From: Dipteris shenzhenensis
Lineage: Eukaryota
Assembly (NCBI GenBank): GCA_047967505.1
Contig: CM106538.1
Reading direction: 5' to 3' (one strand)
Length of the DNA stretch: 64,000 nucleotides
The position numbers and the translations under genes are program-made. Under the pieces are notes generated by a model. It was not told where the DNA came from. It saw only the letters and a list, made by a program, of their open reading frames with translations, and did not search any database. This document shows positions 51,120 to 63,980 of the stretch, piece after piece. Within the stretch, counting starts at the first letter, position 1. Each line of letters opens with the position of its first letter.

Positions 51120-54100
51120 CCATAAATAACGATGCAACCGCAACAACAACAACAATGGCAGACGACACTTTGGTAAATTGGAAATGCCAAAGTACAATGG
51201 ATGAGGGGACCCCCCCAGGTTCCTTCAACTCTTCGACGTAGCATGTTGTGTTAGCAGCAACTAGTCAACTGAAACCAACACCGCTTGGTTCCTGATGGCC
51301 CTAACCGATGAGGCTTCGGAATGGTACCTCGACCTTCTCATAGAGGAGAGAGCCACATGGGCACTACTATCTGACCAGTTCAAAAGAATATTCCAAATAG
51401 AAAGGCTACAAGATGACCCCGTATTACAACTCGGCAATATAGATATTCACAAGAAATTAGAAAAGGTCAGAACATACTTGGGAAGAATGAAAAGATTAAT
51501 AGCAAAATGTGATCCCCATCCGGATGACAAGTACCTCATAGCATGGTTCATCTCTGGCTTGAAAAAATTCATTTGCAAGGATATGAAAAAAGTCAGCTAT
51601 GCACATTTTAGCGACGCTCATGAAGCTGCAATTGACATTGAGGATGGCATGATCGATTTTGACAGTGACAGTGATGGCTATAAATCAAGTCATCGTGACA
51701 AGAAATCTTCAAAGAAGGGAAGCACTTCCCACAAAAATCGCACCACTGAAGACAGTGTGGAAGCCATGGCCCTAAGAGTAAAAGAAGAAATGATGCAGGC
51801 CATCGAGCAAAAGTTGCATGTCTCTCAGCCACCACAGTACCCACAGAGAGAAAATATTTGGTGCCCACTTTGTATGGCCAACCATACAGCCAATGAATGC
51901 CCAATCTTGAGGAACAGACTCAACCCACCAGAAGTGGCTTAGCCCCCTCGCTTATGGTGCCCCATTTGCAATGCTACAAGGCATGATGTAAATACTTGCT
52001 TCTACAATATGAGGGTAGCACAACCCCAGCCCCAACAATAGCAACAGCCACCGCAAATCCCAGTGTACAAACAACCCCGGGACTGGCATCCAATGCATAA
52101 GTGCCACGTCTCAACCCAAAACTCTCGGTGAGAACACAAGTGGCTCAACTAATGAGGAATCCCAATCCTCCGCAATGTCCATGGGCTCCCAATCTTGCTC
52201 CACTAATTCCGGTGCAACAACTCCAAACTGAAGAGCAGGAACCTCACTATGAGTATGAAACAGAATACCCTATGTACTACATGGATGGTGCTGAAGGACT
52301 CATCCCAGTATATGCAAATCAAGTAAGACCCACCACATATTGAACACCCATCAAGTGTTTTGGTTGTGGAGAAAACCACTACATAGTAGAATGCCCACAC
52401 AATGGTAGCCCCACTTCATTCCAACCTGTGTGCAGGGAATGCGGAGTTGGGCATGCTTGAATGGATTGCCCACTAAGAACAACCACAGAAGTAAAACCTG
52501 AAGTACCCCTGGGCATGATAAGTGTGGAAAATCACAGTGTGGCAACACCAAGTGTGGCATTAGAGCCGGTCTTGATCATAACAAGACAACAGAAAGAAGC
52601 GGCGTGGCAAAAACTCCTTTCCGCTCAAAAAGCAAAGAGCCCTCTAGCAAAACAAGCCATGCCAATCCCACAACGCAGTGACATCATGCCTAGCACATCC
52701 ACGGAAAGTGCCACCCAAGGAGCTAAGGAAGCATACCCCAATGCTGAAACTGAAAAGACACACTACCAAGCCTTGAAGCAATGGGTTCAATAAGAAGAAG
52801 GCAGACAAGATGGCAGTAGCAGAGGTCTGAGCACTATCAACACCTAGCATTGACACATTGATTGATCCCAACAACTTCCAAGAGGTAATAGAGCAACATG
52901 CAAAACATCCCAAGTTGGATGGCACCACACTAGCAAGCTTGATAGTCACGATGCCAATTAGGACCTTACTAAGAAATTGCCCTACAATGTAGGAAAGTTT
53001 CAAGGAATGGATCAAATCTTCACAATACTTCCCCCCACCCGAAGAAGAGGAAAAGAAAATTTCAGTAAAATTCGGTGCTCGAGATGACATAAAAAATGTA
53101 ACCATCCCGCTGGAGCATAAAGCCTTTGGTCAATACCCAATGATAGTAGACGGCAGAGCCAAAGTAAACATTTTGGCAAGAGAGCTATATGAATGGGGTC
53201 TACCTGTAATGCAAAAGTCCACATTTAACATCCACCTAGCTAACCACACGAAAATGAAGCCATTAGGTATCATTGACAATGTGTCAACAAAAATTGATGG
53301 AGTAAGATTCACACTCTAGTTTACTATCTTGGATCTTCCCAAGGGTGCCACAGCATACCAGATATTCTTGGGAAAACCATGGCTTCGAGAAGCGTCGGTA
53401 CTCCATGATTGGGGCACCAATAGGATCACCATCCAAAATAGAGAAACTACTGTAAAGATAAATCTAGGAACAGGGGAAATCAAGCCCACTATTGCTAGAA
53501 ATGTTGAAGACACTTCTTCCACTACAGCCACCAGTCATACATCCCTTGAACCTACCAATGCACAAAAGCCCATAGAAGGGGATACACAAAGTGACATCAA
53601 CAATTGGATACAGACGTTGGCTACAATAGATAACTGTAAAACAACACATCTAATGTTGCCAAATGTGGATGCCCAAATGATACAACTAGGAGCACCAATC
53701 TGGGACGATGAATCAAAAGTAGTGGAAATGCCAGTCCTCATGACAGGCATTGAATGGGATAGTGACCTTGAAGAGTCCATAATAGAAGGCTACGGTGCCG
53801 ACATAGAGTGGGATCTAGAAATAGAAGCTAATAATGCATCCTTGGAAGGCCAAGTATTTGACAATGACTTGGCAATCCTACAGGCACTCATGGCCATTGA
53901 ATTCCCCAAGATCAACCCTCCATCATAATCCAAAAGCAACCGGTCTAGGAAAAAGAAGGAGGGTGTACAACGCCACAAGGCCAAGATAGAGCATTTCAAT
54001 GAATTCGAAAGAATGCAGACAAGAGTGGTAGAATTGTACTTGACTAAGCCCACAAAAGCACTTGAGTCCCCAAATTTTAAATGGGATCCGAAAGGGCTTG

Positions 54101-56202
54101 GAGGTCTTTGTATGGCCGAGGAGCCACTCCTTGGGAGTGCAACTCCTATTGAAAATCCATCACTAGTCTCACTAAGCAAAAAGCTTCGAAAGTTCAAACC
54201 CAATGTGAGAATGAAGGGTGAAAAGGTGAATAGTAACAAAAAAGAAGAACAAGGGAACACAAGTGAATTGGACCAAACATATTCCAGTGGAGCTAGCAGC
54301 CAAGCAAGCACCTCAAAGTGCCATGAAGGCCTAAGGGAAGTTCTGGATTACTTCAAAGACTACACTAGAGGAGAAGCAACAATAGCAATGCCTAGGCGAG
54401 TCAGGGAATCAGAGCTCAAAGAAACAGAGAATATTGAGGATACCCAAGTTTATGAAGGACCCACCGAGACAAGTAAAATGAATCTTGCCTTGAACGGTGA
54501 AGAAGAAAAGCCTACGTACATCGGTGAACAGCTCACTCTAGAACAAGAAAATGAATTGAAAGCATTGCTAATAAAATATAGAGATTGCATGGCTTGGTCC
54601 TACAAAGAAATGAAAGGAATTTCCCTAGAAGTTGTAGTACATACCATACCAATAAGGGAAGGATCCAAACCAAAGGTATGTGGACCTTACAGGACAAATC
54701 CCAAGTATGGCACCCATGTCTATGAAGAACTAGAAAAACTAATGGAGGTTGGTTTCATTTATGAGATCGAGCATACCGATTGGGTGTCACCAATTGTGAT
54801 TGTTCCTAAGAAAAACAAGAAGCTAAAAATATGTGTGAATCTCAAGAACGTCAATGCAGCAACAATCAGATATCATTATCCCCTACCATTATCTAAAACA
54901 GTTTTAGAAAGGGTAGCAGGATTTGAGGTACAACCAAGTACAAATTGCACCTCAAGATCAGGCAAAGATAGCATTTGCCACAGAATGGTGTATTTTTGCA
55001 TACAGAGTCATGCCATTTGGCTTATGCAATGCCCCATCTACTTCTGAAAGGGTAATGTACACCGCCTTCAAGGAATTTCTCAACAAGTTCCTACAAGTCT
55101 TCCTCGACCACTTGTGCATGCACTCAAGAAAAAAGGATCACTTGAAATGCCTTGAAGAAGTGCTTAAAAAATGCAGGGAGTATGGAATCTCTTTGAATCC
55201 TCTAAAATGCCAATTCTTGGTCACACATGGAGTAGTCTTCAGACACCTAGTCTCTCAACATGGGATTGCAACTGACATGGATAAAATAAAGATCATCATG
55301 GAACTTCCCCCCTGCTAAATGCCAAGGAAATTCAAGTCTTCATGGGACATGCTGGATACTATAGAAGATTCATACTGAGGTATGCCATGATTCCAAGGCC
55401 CCTATACAAGCTCCTAGTCAAATTCATTCGGACAGAGGAATGCGAACAAGCATTCGAAACCCTCAAGTGGAGATTGATCATAGCCTCTATTCTAATGGCA
55501 CCAAATTGGGACATAGACTTGCATGTACATATTGATGGTTCCAATTATGCAGTAGGGAGTGTGTTATGTCAACCAGGCAAACACATCAAAGACTACCCAA
55601 TATACTTTGCAAGCAGATAGCTAAATGATGCGGAGGTGAATTACACCACAACAGAAAGAGAAGCCTTGGCAATGATCTACAGTGTGAAGAAATTTGGACA
55701 CTATCTATTGGCTACTGACTTTATCTTCTACATAGATCATCAAGCCTTATTATATCTTGTGAATCGGCCATGTACCACAAGACGGATCACTCGATGGCTT
55801 CTACTGCTACAAGAATTCGATTTCAAAATCGTGGTGAGAAATGGAGCTCAACATTTCATTGCCGATCACATGTCACGATTGAGGACAAGAGAAGAGCCGA
55901 AAGGAATAGAAGATGACCTACCAGATGCCGCATTATTTCAAATAGATGCTGTGCCTGATTGGTGTGCAGACATCATTGGGTATTTAATGGCAGGAAGACC
56001 ACCTCCTAAAATGAAAGCAATGGATGCTAGGAAACTAGTTCTAAAAGTTGCACCCTATCAACTCATTGCAGGACAATTATACAAGATGGGCAAGGACGAG
56101 GTTTTAAGGAGATGTGTGATGCCATATGAGATCATGCCAATCCTCAGTGAAGCACATGAAGGCATTGCAAGTGGACATTTCCAAGGGGAAGCAACAGCAA
56201 GA
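51120..56202 (+). pseudogene. Gypsy gag-pol (capsid, zinc knuckles, protease, RT, RNase H, integrase N-terminus; integrase core deleted)
   Basis: ALTDEASEWY...WALLSDQFKRIF; MIVDGRAKVNIL (~53140); WVSPIVIVPKK; YRVMPFGLCNAP; YTTTEREALAM; HEGIASGHFQGEATAR, after which integrase homology stops abruptly. Many stops and frameshifts. Confidence 0.92.
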
Positions 56203-56682
56203 AGTCCTTCTCGCAAAATACTAAATTAAGCATATAGGACGAATGCCTACCTCACTAGTCATGCATAGCGCACCCACACGTTTCAAGCACCATGAATAAA
56301 TTGCACAAATAAAAGCCCCAAGAGATACTTGTTTTAAATCCACACACACAGCACCGTCATCAAAAAGAGTCAAATGCATTAGCCACTCACAAAAGAAATA
56401 GGCACTCTTGGCACATGAAACTATTTTGGCACTGTCAAACTGGGACCTGATTCATGTGTGCAATGCTAGGGTGAAGACAGTCCATTAAGATGGGAAAAAG
56501 GTCTACAATGCCATCGACAAAGTGACACCATGCCAAACGGCCTAAGCCTCAACCTCAACAACCCTCCTCAAATCACCAACATGAAGAAGGACACAGTCCA
56601 GAATCACCTACCTAGAGGTCAACACCAAAACGACCACGGCTAGTGGTCCTAGACAGTGATACTGATGATCAAATAAATGCAA

Positions 56683-58932
56683 CATGCTAAGAAGAAATGC
56701 CACAGAACCAAGGGATACTAGAGGCAGGAGAAATTGAGCCAGAGTAATTGACTATGCAAGATGTAGGTTCAGAACACCTTGAGGACCAGACCAACAAACA
56801 GCTAGCAACAGATGGAACAATATAGCTTGTATGGCCACGAGTCTCAACGTTCACCATGTTACCCAATGCTTACAACTTCTTGCAGTCAAAGGGACTAGGT
56901 AGTCTTTTTAAGAAGCTAAAATCCTTCTCACCAACACTTGCTATGACAGAATACATTTGTCAATTCATAACATCATATAAAAGCAAAGAGTCTAAAGCTT
57001 GCATACACCTCCACATTGGGTAAGTATAAATATAAGTGCACGGAGTGGCAAAATCAAAAAGCTATAATTTCCAAGCTGGAAATTCAACTACTGGGTCAAG
57101 CCGATGACGATGCAGAGGGGTCAGCACAAGATCTTTTGATACAAGGCATCACTACATTTGCAAATCAAAATGTTACATGTAGTAACTGGTCTTGATTGGA
57201 CCAAACCAGTAAGCACAAAGAATCTCCGAGATCTATGCCAGCACATGGATGAAGATGAGAGGAATGTGTTATGTCTCTCAGTGCATGCAAATCTCATACG
57301 GGTAAAGGCTGATGCAATACTAGTTACATTATGAATGCTTGATGGGAAGCCTCCCTCTTCGGGTAATAGCCGGACTCCTACCTTTACTACAACAATCACC
57401 AGCAACTTCCATGGGATACAACTCCTAGAAAAATACAAAATTAAAGCTGTCAATGCCTACCAGAAGTGACAGGGATCTGCTAGAGGAATATGTGGTATAC
57501 CTTCAATCTAATCTCCCCTATCTTGCCACTCTCTATTCTGATCTACTCATAGCACTACCTAACTCTCGGGGGGGTCACTCATCATATGTAACCCTATCAC
57601 GTGAGTTCAACAGAAGGATATTTTTTATTCCTAAAATTTACATAAATAAATATACATAAGGGACTATTTAAAATAGTTTCAGAAAAAATTTACAGATTTG
57701 TATAGAAAAGGGGTACATTTTATTAATGAAAGAATTTACAGATAAGGGATTTTAAATATAGGCCTTGAACGCACGTGATATAGAGGGTTTATACATATTG
57801 ACCCCCCCGAGACCTAACTCCAGTACTATCCTCCATACCTTTCTAGAAATCCACACTAATCCATATTCCTTGCCATGCCTCTTTGCCCATGCCTCTCATC
57901 ACTATCGCCTAATCCAAGAATCTAAATCCTATCATCCATTTACACCTAACTTTTTTCCAACACTTGACAATCCATCCCTTGAGGATTCTCAAGTTACTAA
58001 ATCAATTTGTCCTGCTCTCCCTCCACTTTCCTCCAACATCCCTACTAACTTCTCAAATTCACTACTTGCTTCGAGACCTCAATATTTTCCCCTACAACAT
58101 CTTCCTTTCCCCCAAGACCATATGTCCCTCCAATCTCCCTTGAGTTTTCAATGGAAGACACCATTAATGATTCCATCAATAAGCTTCAAGAATTGGATAA
58201 TCCAATTCACACACCCACAAGGGAGTTGCAATAAGATACAGATAGGATTACCATGCATGGTAATCCCATTGGTGGTTTTTGGAGGCAATACCCAAACATG
58301 CAGTCAAGAGGAGGATGGGACCTCTCGAGAATTTCAATGAGTATCCACCAAGCACAAATCACTCCAAACATCATCATGAAATTAGAGCCGCAGCCTGCTT
58401 GGCATATACCAAAGCTGCTTAATGAAAAGTACCTCCTTGAATACATGCAGGCTCCATCTTCCTTTCGCACGCATCCCACATTTGATGCGGTGCTGCAAAT
58501 GCACCTCGCAATTGGCTGTTAATCAATAGAAATTCTAAAATCAAATGGACAAGCTAGGAAACACTCATTAGAGCCTTGGACAGACATTCATAAATTATGC
58601 AAAGCAGTTATTATGACAAAACACTCAAGGAAAGTGCAAGATACAGTGAAGCCTTAGCAGTCATCCTGCAGGTGTCCCTCACCATTGATGACCATTTACT
58701 CAACCTCAGCTTCAATCCAAATCAACAGATAGATGCTCAAACAACAAGTCGCCTCTTTCAAAGGGCCATATACCTTCAAGGGCGTTATGTGTGTTTGTTT
58801 GAAGAAATGGTTGACACTAGCTTCTTAAAAACTGAGCAAGCAATCTACGGTGTTCATGGACTACAAGGGAAAAATCGACAAGAGCTCGCTCCATCTATCA
58901 CTGCCACCATCTTTACCATACTCATTGGGTAA
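56683..58932 (+). pseudogene. Extra ORF downstream of pol (copy 2), internally deleted and MITE-interrupted
   Basis: LVWPRVSTF...FLQSKGLGSL (56826), NQKAIISKLEIQL (57052) and MGSLPLRVIAGLLPLLQ (57342) match copy 1. Further sense ORFs at 57453, 58253-58522 and 58597-58932. Start coordinate approximate. Confidence 0.75.
57565..57811. mobile_element. MITE, 247 bp, CTCGGGGGGGTCA termini, 8-bp TSD
   Basis: Near-identical to 26207-26452. Perfect TSD ACCTAACT at 57557-57564 and 57812-57819. Confidence 0.95.
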
Positions 58933-59010
58933 AGACAACCGCATCACAACATCGTCTGCAGACCCAACCATAACCCGAGGATGCGGGTAATCAAAATGAT
59001 CCAAGGGAGT

Positions 59011-60336
59011 TGTTAACCCTATGGCAACAAGGGCCAGAAGTGCAGTCTAGGACAACAACTATGAGAGCATTGTGTGTGTAGAGTAGAGGCGAAGCTCCAC
59101 TTATAATATCTTGAGCCTAAAAGATAGTATGATAAATCTTAAAGGATGAGGATAGCCAAAATCCTCTCTAGAAAAGATCCAATCATACTTGCAAAATCAA
59201 GATCTAGAGAGAGAGAGACTAAAAGCTTACACTTTCGGAGGTCCCTTCACTTTGTGTAGAGACCTAAAAGGTCCCCCCACTGTGTGTAGAGACCTAAAAG
59301 GTCCCCCCCAAAAGTGGAGAGACCAACATGTATAAATATCTCTCAATAGAATGAAGCTCCCACTCTTTAAGATTCAGTGTTCAAGCTCACTATTGTGTTC
59401 ATGCGATTGATTTCCATTGCGTCCATGCTCTCTTACACTATCATGTTCTAGCATGCCCTTACCCTTATACTCTCTACCCTTGAACTCCCTCCTCCTTCTC
59501 CTTCCTCCCTCTTCCTCCCTCCTCCTCATCCTCCTCCCTCCTCCTCCATCTCCTCCTCCATCTCCTCCTTCCTCCCTCCCTTCTGCTCCCTCCTCCTCCT
59601 CCCTTCTCCTCCATCTCCTCCTCCTCCCTCCTCCTCCTCCTCCTTCCTCCCTCCCTCCTCCTCCTCCTCATCCTTCCTCCCTCCCTTCTCCTCCCTCCTC
59701 CTCCTCCTCCCTTCTCCTCCATCTCCTCCTCCTCTCTCGTCCTCCTCCTCCCACCATCTCCTTTCCCTTCCTCCTCCTTCCTCCCTCCCTTCTCCTCCCT
59801 CCTCCTCCTCCTTCCTCCTCCTTCCTCCCTCCCTTCTCCTCCCTCCTCCTCCTCCTCCCTTCTCCTCCATCTCGTCCTCCTCCCTCCTCCTCCTCCTTCC
59901 TCCTCCTCCTCCCTTCTCCTCCTCCTCCCTCCTCCTCCTCCCTCCCTTCTCGTCAACCCTTACCCCTCGAATCCGCGAAGAAGATTAGCTCTCCATCCTC
60001 AACCTTGGACTCCTCCTAAACCTTGCAACCCCCTCTGAACCCTGGAACTCCTAGTTAACTCTCTCAACCCTATCCCCACTTCTAACCCTAAAACCCCCTT
60101 CTAAACCCTTGAACTCCCGTGGAGGCGAGAGCCTCCATCAATCGTTATAATCAAGCCCTCTTTCTCATTCACACACGCATGAGATCTGCTTTCCATGCTT
60201 TAGCCTACACCTCTTACCAAAATAGCACCCGAGGACCTATGCTACACTTGTGAACACCTATGCTACAATGTGCAATGACACGACTGTAGGTGACCAATAT
60301 CCTCGAAACTTGCACTTGGGTAAAACAAGGACAATA
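59011..60336 (+). repeat. 3' LTR (1326 bp) with an internal (CCT)n tract
   Basis: Matches 39852-40234 and 47831-48395. CT-rich tract at ~59485-59950. Confidence 0.93.
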
Positions 60337-61975
60337 ATCTTAGGAATCAGAATGTGGCAATTGGGATTCCTAAGCTACATTTTCTTGGAAAAGTTTGCGA
60401 AGCATGTTGCTTCGGCAAACCAAAGCAAACCAACTTTGGCAGAAGCACGTCTCGAGCACGAGGTATTCTTGATTTGATACATACAGCTGTATGGGGTTAT
60501 GCCCAAACCTGCAGCATCAATGGTCACATTATTACTTGACTTTCATCGATGACTATAGCTGATATTGTTGGGTTTACTTTCTGAAAGAGAAATCTGAAGT
60601 GTTTTCCAGCTTTCAAGAATTCAAAGCCATGGTAGAAAACCAGACAAGCAGAAAGATCAAAGTCATGAGATCAGATTGAGGAGGTGAATACATCAGCTTT
60701 AGCATTCATAAACTTTTCCAAAAGTCACGGCATTCGAAGACAATTCACTTGTGCAGACACTTCTCAGCAGAATGCAAGAGCTGAAACGAAGAATGGAACT
60801 TGAGCAGACAATGCTAAAGCAATGCTTAGTGAGAAGAATCTTCCGAATCAGTATTGGGCAAAAGCAATAGCCACTGCAAACTATTTGCTTAATCAGCTTT
60901 CTACCAAGCTGATTGAGGGTATGACACCTTATGAAGCATTCACTGGACACAAGCCACACATTGGGCATCTCCACATATTTGGTTGCATAGCATATGCCCA
61001 CATACATGATGATCATTGTAGGAAATTGGATGCGAAGTCATGCAAATGCATTATGGTTGGCTACAGTGAAGAAAGCAAAGCATACAAGTTGTATGATCCC
61101 ATCAATCGCAAGGTCATTATCTCCATAGATATAATCTTTGATGAGGAACCAGAATGGAAAACCTCAAACAAACAGGAGATAGACGCACCGATTTCACGGT
61201 CATCCATAGAAATGGTTGATGAAGAAGAGCAAGAATTGCCAGTAACACCCCAAGCAGAGCCACAACATCTCAGATGATCTACTAAGGAAAACGGACCTCC
61301 AGCCAGATTGAGATATGCTTAGAAAGGCAAAGCAATTCAGGTTGAAACCACCAACTATGCTCTTATGACTACCATCATAGCTACAGAAGAGCCAGTGTAC
61401 TTTGAAGATGCCATAGACAAGCCAGAATGGCAAACTGCTATGAATGAAGAAATGGATGCTTTCTATAAGAATAATACTTGAGAATTATGCGACCTTCCAC
61501 CAAGAAAGAAGGCCATAGCAAAACAAATGGGTACACAAAGTGAAGTATAATCCAGATAAAAGTATTCAAAGACATAAAGCCAGACTAGTTGCAAAAGGAT
61601 TTGCACAGCAATATGGTCAAGATTATGATGAGACTTATGCTCACAGTTCTTGATATCACTAGCAATACTCAGCAGATAGAATGTGTATCAGCTCGATGTT
61701 AAGAGTGCATTTCTCAATGGTTACCTAGACGAGGAAGTCTACATGCAACAACCAGCAGGTTATGTTTAACCAGGAAAGGAGAATAAGTTTTGCCATCTCA
61801 AGAAAAGTCTCTACGGCTTAAAGCAAGGACTCAGAAGTTGGTACAACAGAATCGACAAGTATCTTGCTGATCTGGGATACATGAAGTCCAATGCAGATCA
61901 TACTCTCTACTACAAAGTTCAAGGGGAAGACATTACTACTGCACTTTTGTACGTAGATGATCCGATTATGACCAG
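60337..61975 (+). mobile_element. Ty1/copia fragment, part 2 (integrase, RT), 3'-truncated
   Basis: [68 protein letters not shown]. Confidence 0.92.
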
Positions 61976-62878
61976 ACCTCATTGAGATGATCTATTTTTG
62001 GAAGATACATTGGCTTTTGTTGAGGCTGATCATGCCACGACTAAATTGAAATTTCTCAAACACTTGAGAAGGCATGCAAAAGGAAAAATGATGTAGAAGA
62101 ATGCCAAAGGAGAGAAGACTAGGCATGAAAGCATGCAAAATTTGTAGGAGAGAAAAGATGTGGTAAGAATATGGCTATGAGACCCATGGAAGACATAGTG
62201 CATGCAATTAGAATTGTGTGAGAAGCTATAGTTCGCTCCTTTTGTCCATGGTCCGACATTAGCTCATTGTATGCCATTTTGGAAGACACTCCTTATAATG
62301 AACTTACATGACTTTTACTTGTTTTGTAATGGAAAGTTTATATTGAAAACTTTCTTAGTTTGTCTATTGGCATTAAATGCTCACGTTACTTCATAGTATG
62401 TGCATTCGCATAAAAGTAGATATTTTGCACGAGTGCATGTGCATTCTTCGCATACATCACATAGAGGTGACTTATGAGTTTTTATCCACGTGGATGCATA
62501 TGACATAGCCCACATCCCCGCATCCTTCATAGCGTGCATCCTCACATCTAAACGTTCCATTGCACCCATCGAAACATCCAAACTCACATGTCCGTAAGTG
62601 CAAGTGCGTGCCCTTGATAGTGGTGTTCCTGATTTTATGCCGTCATTATTTTGCAGATGGCAGTCCAATGCAAATGCTTAGAATGTGGCGATGAAAACGA
62701 GTTTGCAGTTAGCCATGGCAACGAAGACACGCCGACCGGACCGACTGCACCAATCGGGGCCGACTACGTGCTTCTTGCAGCCTATATATACACACCACCA
62801 GCAACCTTCCATTCACAATCAACGCCTTTTCACAATCGATTTGCTCTCAGCTACGTTCTTCATCTCCAATCAGCCGCC

Positions 62879-63980
62879 ATGGAGCGCTCGGGAGCTGCTA
62901 AGCACTTCATCCTTTCTGCTTTCGCCTTATGGGCTCTCCTGCCGGCTCTCGCTCGCGCCAACCCGGAGGGTAAATATTAGGCTTCTACTTTGCATAAGCC
63001 TTCCCTCTTCATGCAATAGCGTATACAAATATAATACATTGCTTTCTGCTAACCGATCGACGGCTTGTATTTTACAGTGGACGCTCTGATTGCATTCAAA
63101 AATGGGCTTACCGACCCGCAAAACGCCCTCGCCAGCTGGGATCCCAACCTGGTGGATCCCTGCACCTTCTTCCATGTGACCTGCGACGACAACAACCATG
63201 TCGTCCGAGTGTACTCATCTACCCACCACCTGTTAAACGCGCATTTAATTTGCTCCCTAATAAGTTTTGGCTCCTGATTCTGCATTTTTCCAACAGGGAT
63301 CTGCCCAACTATGGTCTTTCCGGTCCGCTCTCTCCACAACTTGCAAACCTTCCGTCTTTGCAGTCCCTGTGCGGCTTCCTCACTCTAGCTTCCCACCATG
63401 TGTATTCACCTTCAGTCAATAAGCTAAGCTAAGCGAAGCTTGTCACTCATTTGCTCTAACGATCTCTCTTGTCGCAGCTCCCTCTTTCTCAACCACTTCT
63501 CTGGGTCCATCCCCAAAGAATTCGGCAGTCTGCCCAACCTCTTTGCTTTGCAGCTCCAGGACAACGATCTCACGGGGCCCATCCCCTCTGAGTTGGGCAA
63601 TCTTTCCAATCTGCAGATTCTGTGAGTACAAATATTGGCCCTGGACTGTGAATTATTTTATGCACGACAAGCCATCGAATTTACCTTAGTCACATGACTC
63701 CTTACCATAACATTGCGTTTTCTCCCGCAGTCATCTCATGAATAATGGTCTCTCGGGCCCTATCCCAACGAATGGCGTTTTCTCCAGGTTCACTGCCGAA
63801 AGGTGAGCATGTCTTTCGCGAGCCACCTGAAAGTTGTATAACGATCAAGTAAAGGCATGCATGCTCTCCAGATGCCTGAGATTTCCGCATCTTGCTCACC
63901 ACCTCGTTTGTCAATCTGCATATTGCAGCTACGCAGGAAACCCTGGACTCTGTGGATCTGTGATCAACAAGCCATGTTAG
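62879..63980 (+). CDS. Secreted LRR-only protein, SERK/LRR1-ectodomain-like, 187 aa, 6 exons
   Basis: Exons 62879-62969, 63078-63210, 63297-63368, 63478-63621, 63731-63802 and 63929-63980 (91+133+72+144+72+52 = 564 nt), all GT-AG, open frame: [66 protein letters not shown]...[34 protein letters not shown]. Confidence 0.93.

Larger units (their letters stand above)
39852..60336 (+). mobile_element. Ty3/gypsy LTR retrotransposon (non-chromovirus, Athila-like PBS), 20.5 kb including nested inserts
   Basis: 5' LTR 39852-40234 plus ~47831-48395; 3' LTR 59011-60336 (both start TGTTAACCCT). TSD ATCTC/ATCTT. PBS at 48398. gag-pro-RT-RH ~51120-56200. Purine run AAGGGAGT before 59011. Confidence 0.93.

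Noticed and set aside
62651-62878. Upstream in-frame extension of the LRR gene (MAVQCKCLECG...)
   Set aside because: The ATG at 62879 has a strong context (GCCGCCATGG), follows a TATA-like TATATATA at ~62782 and begins the signal peptide. The extension is most likely promoter/5' UTR.
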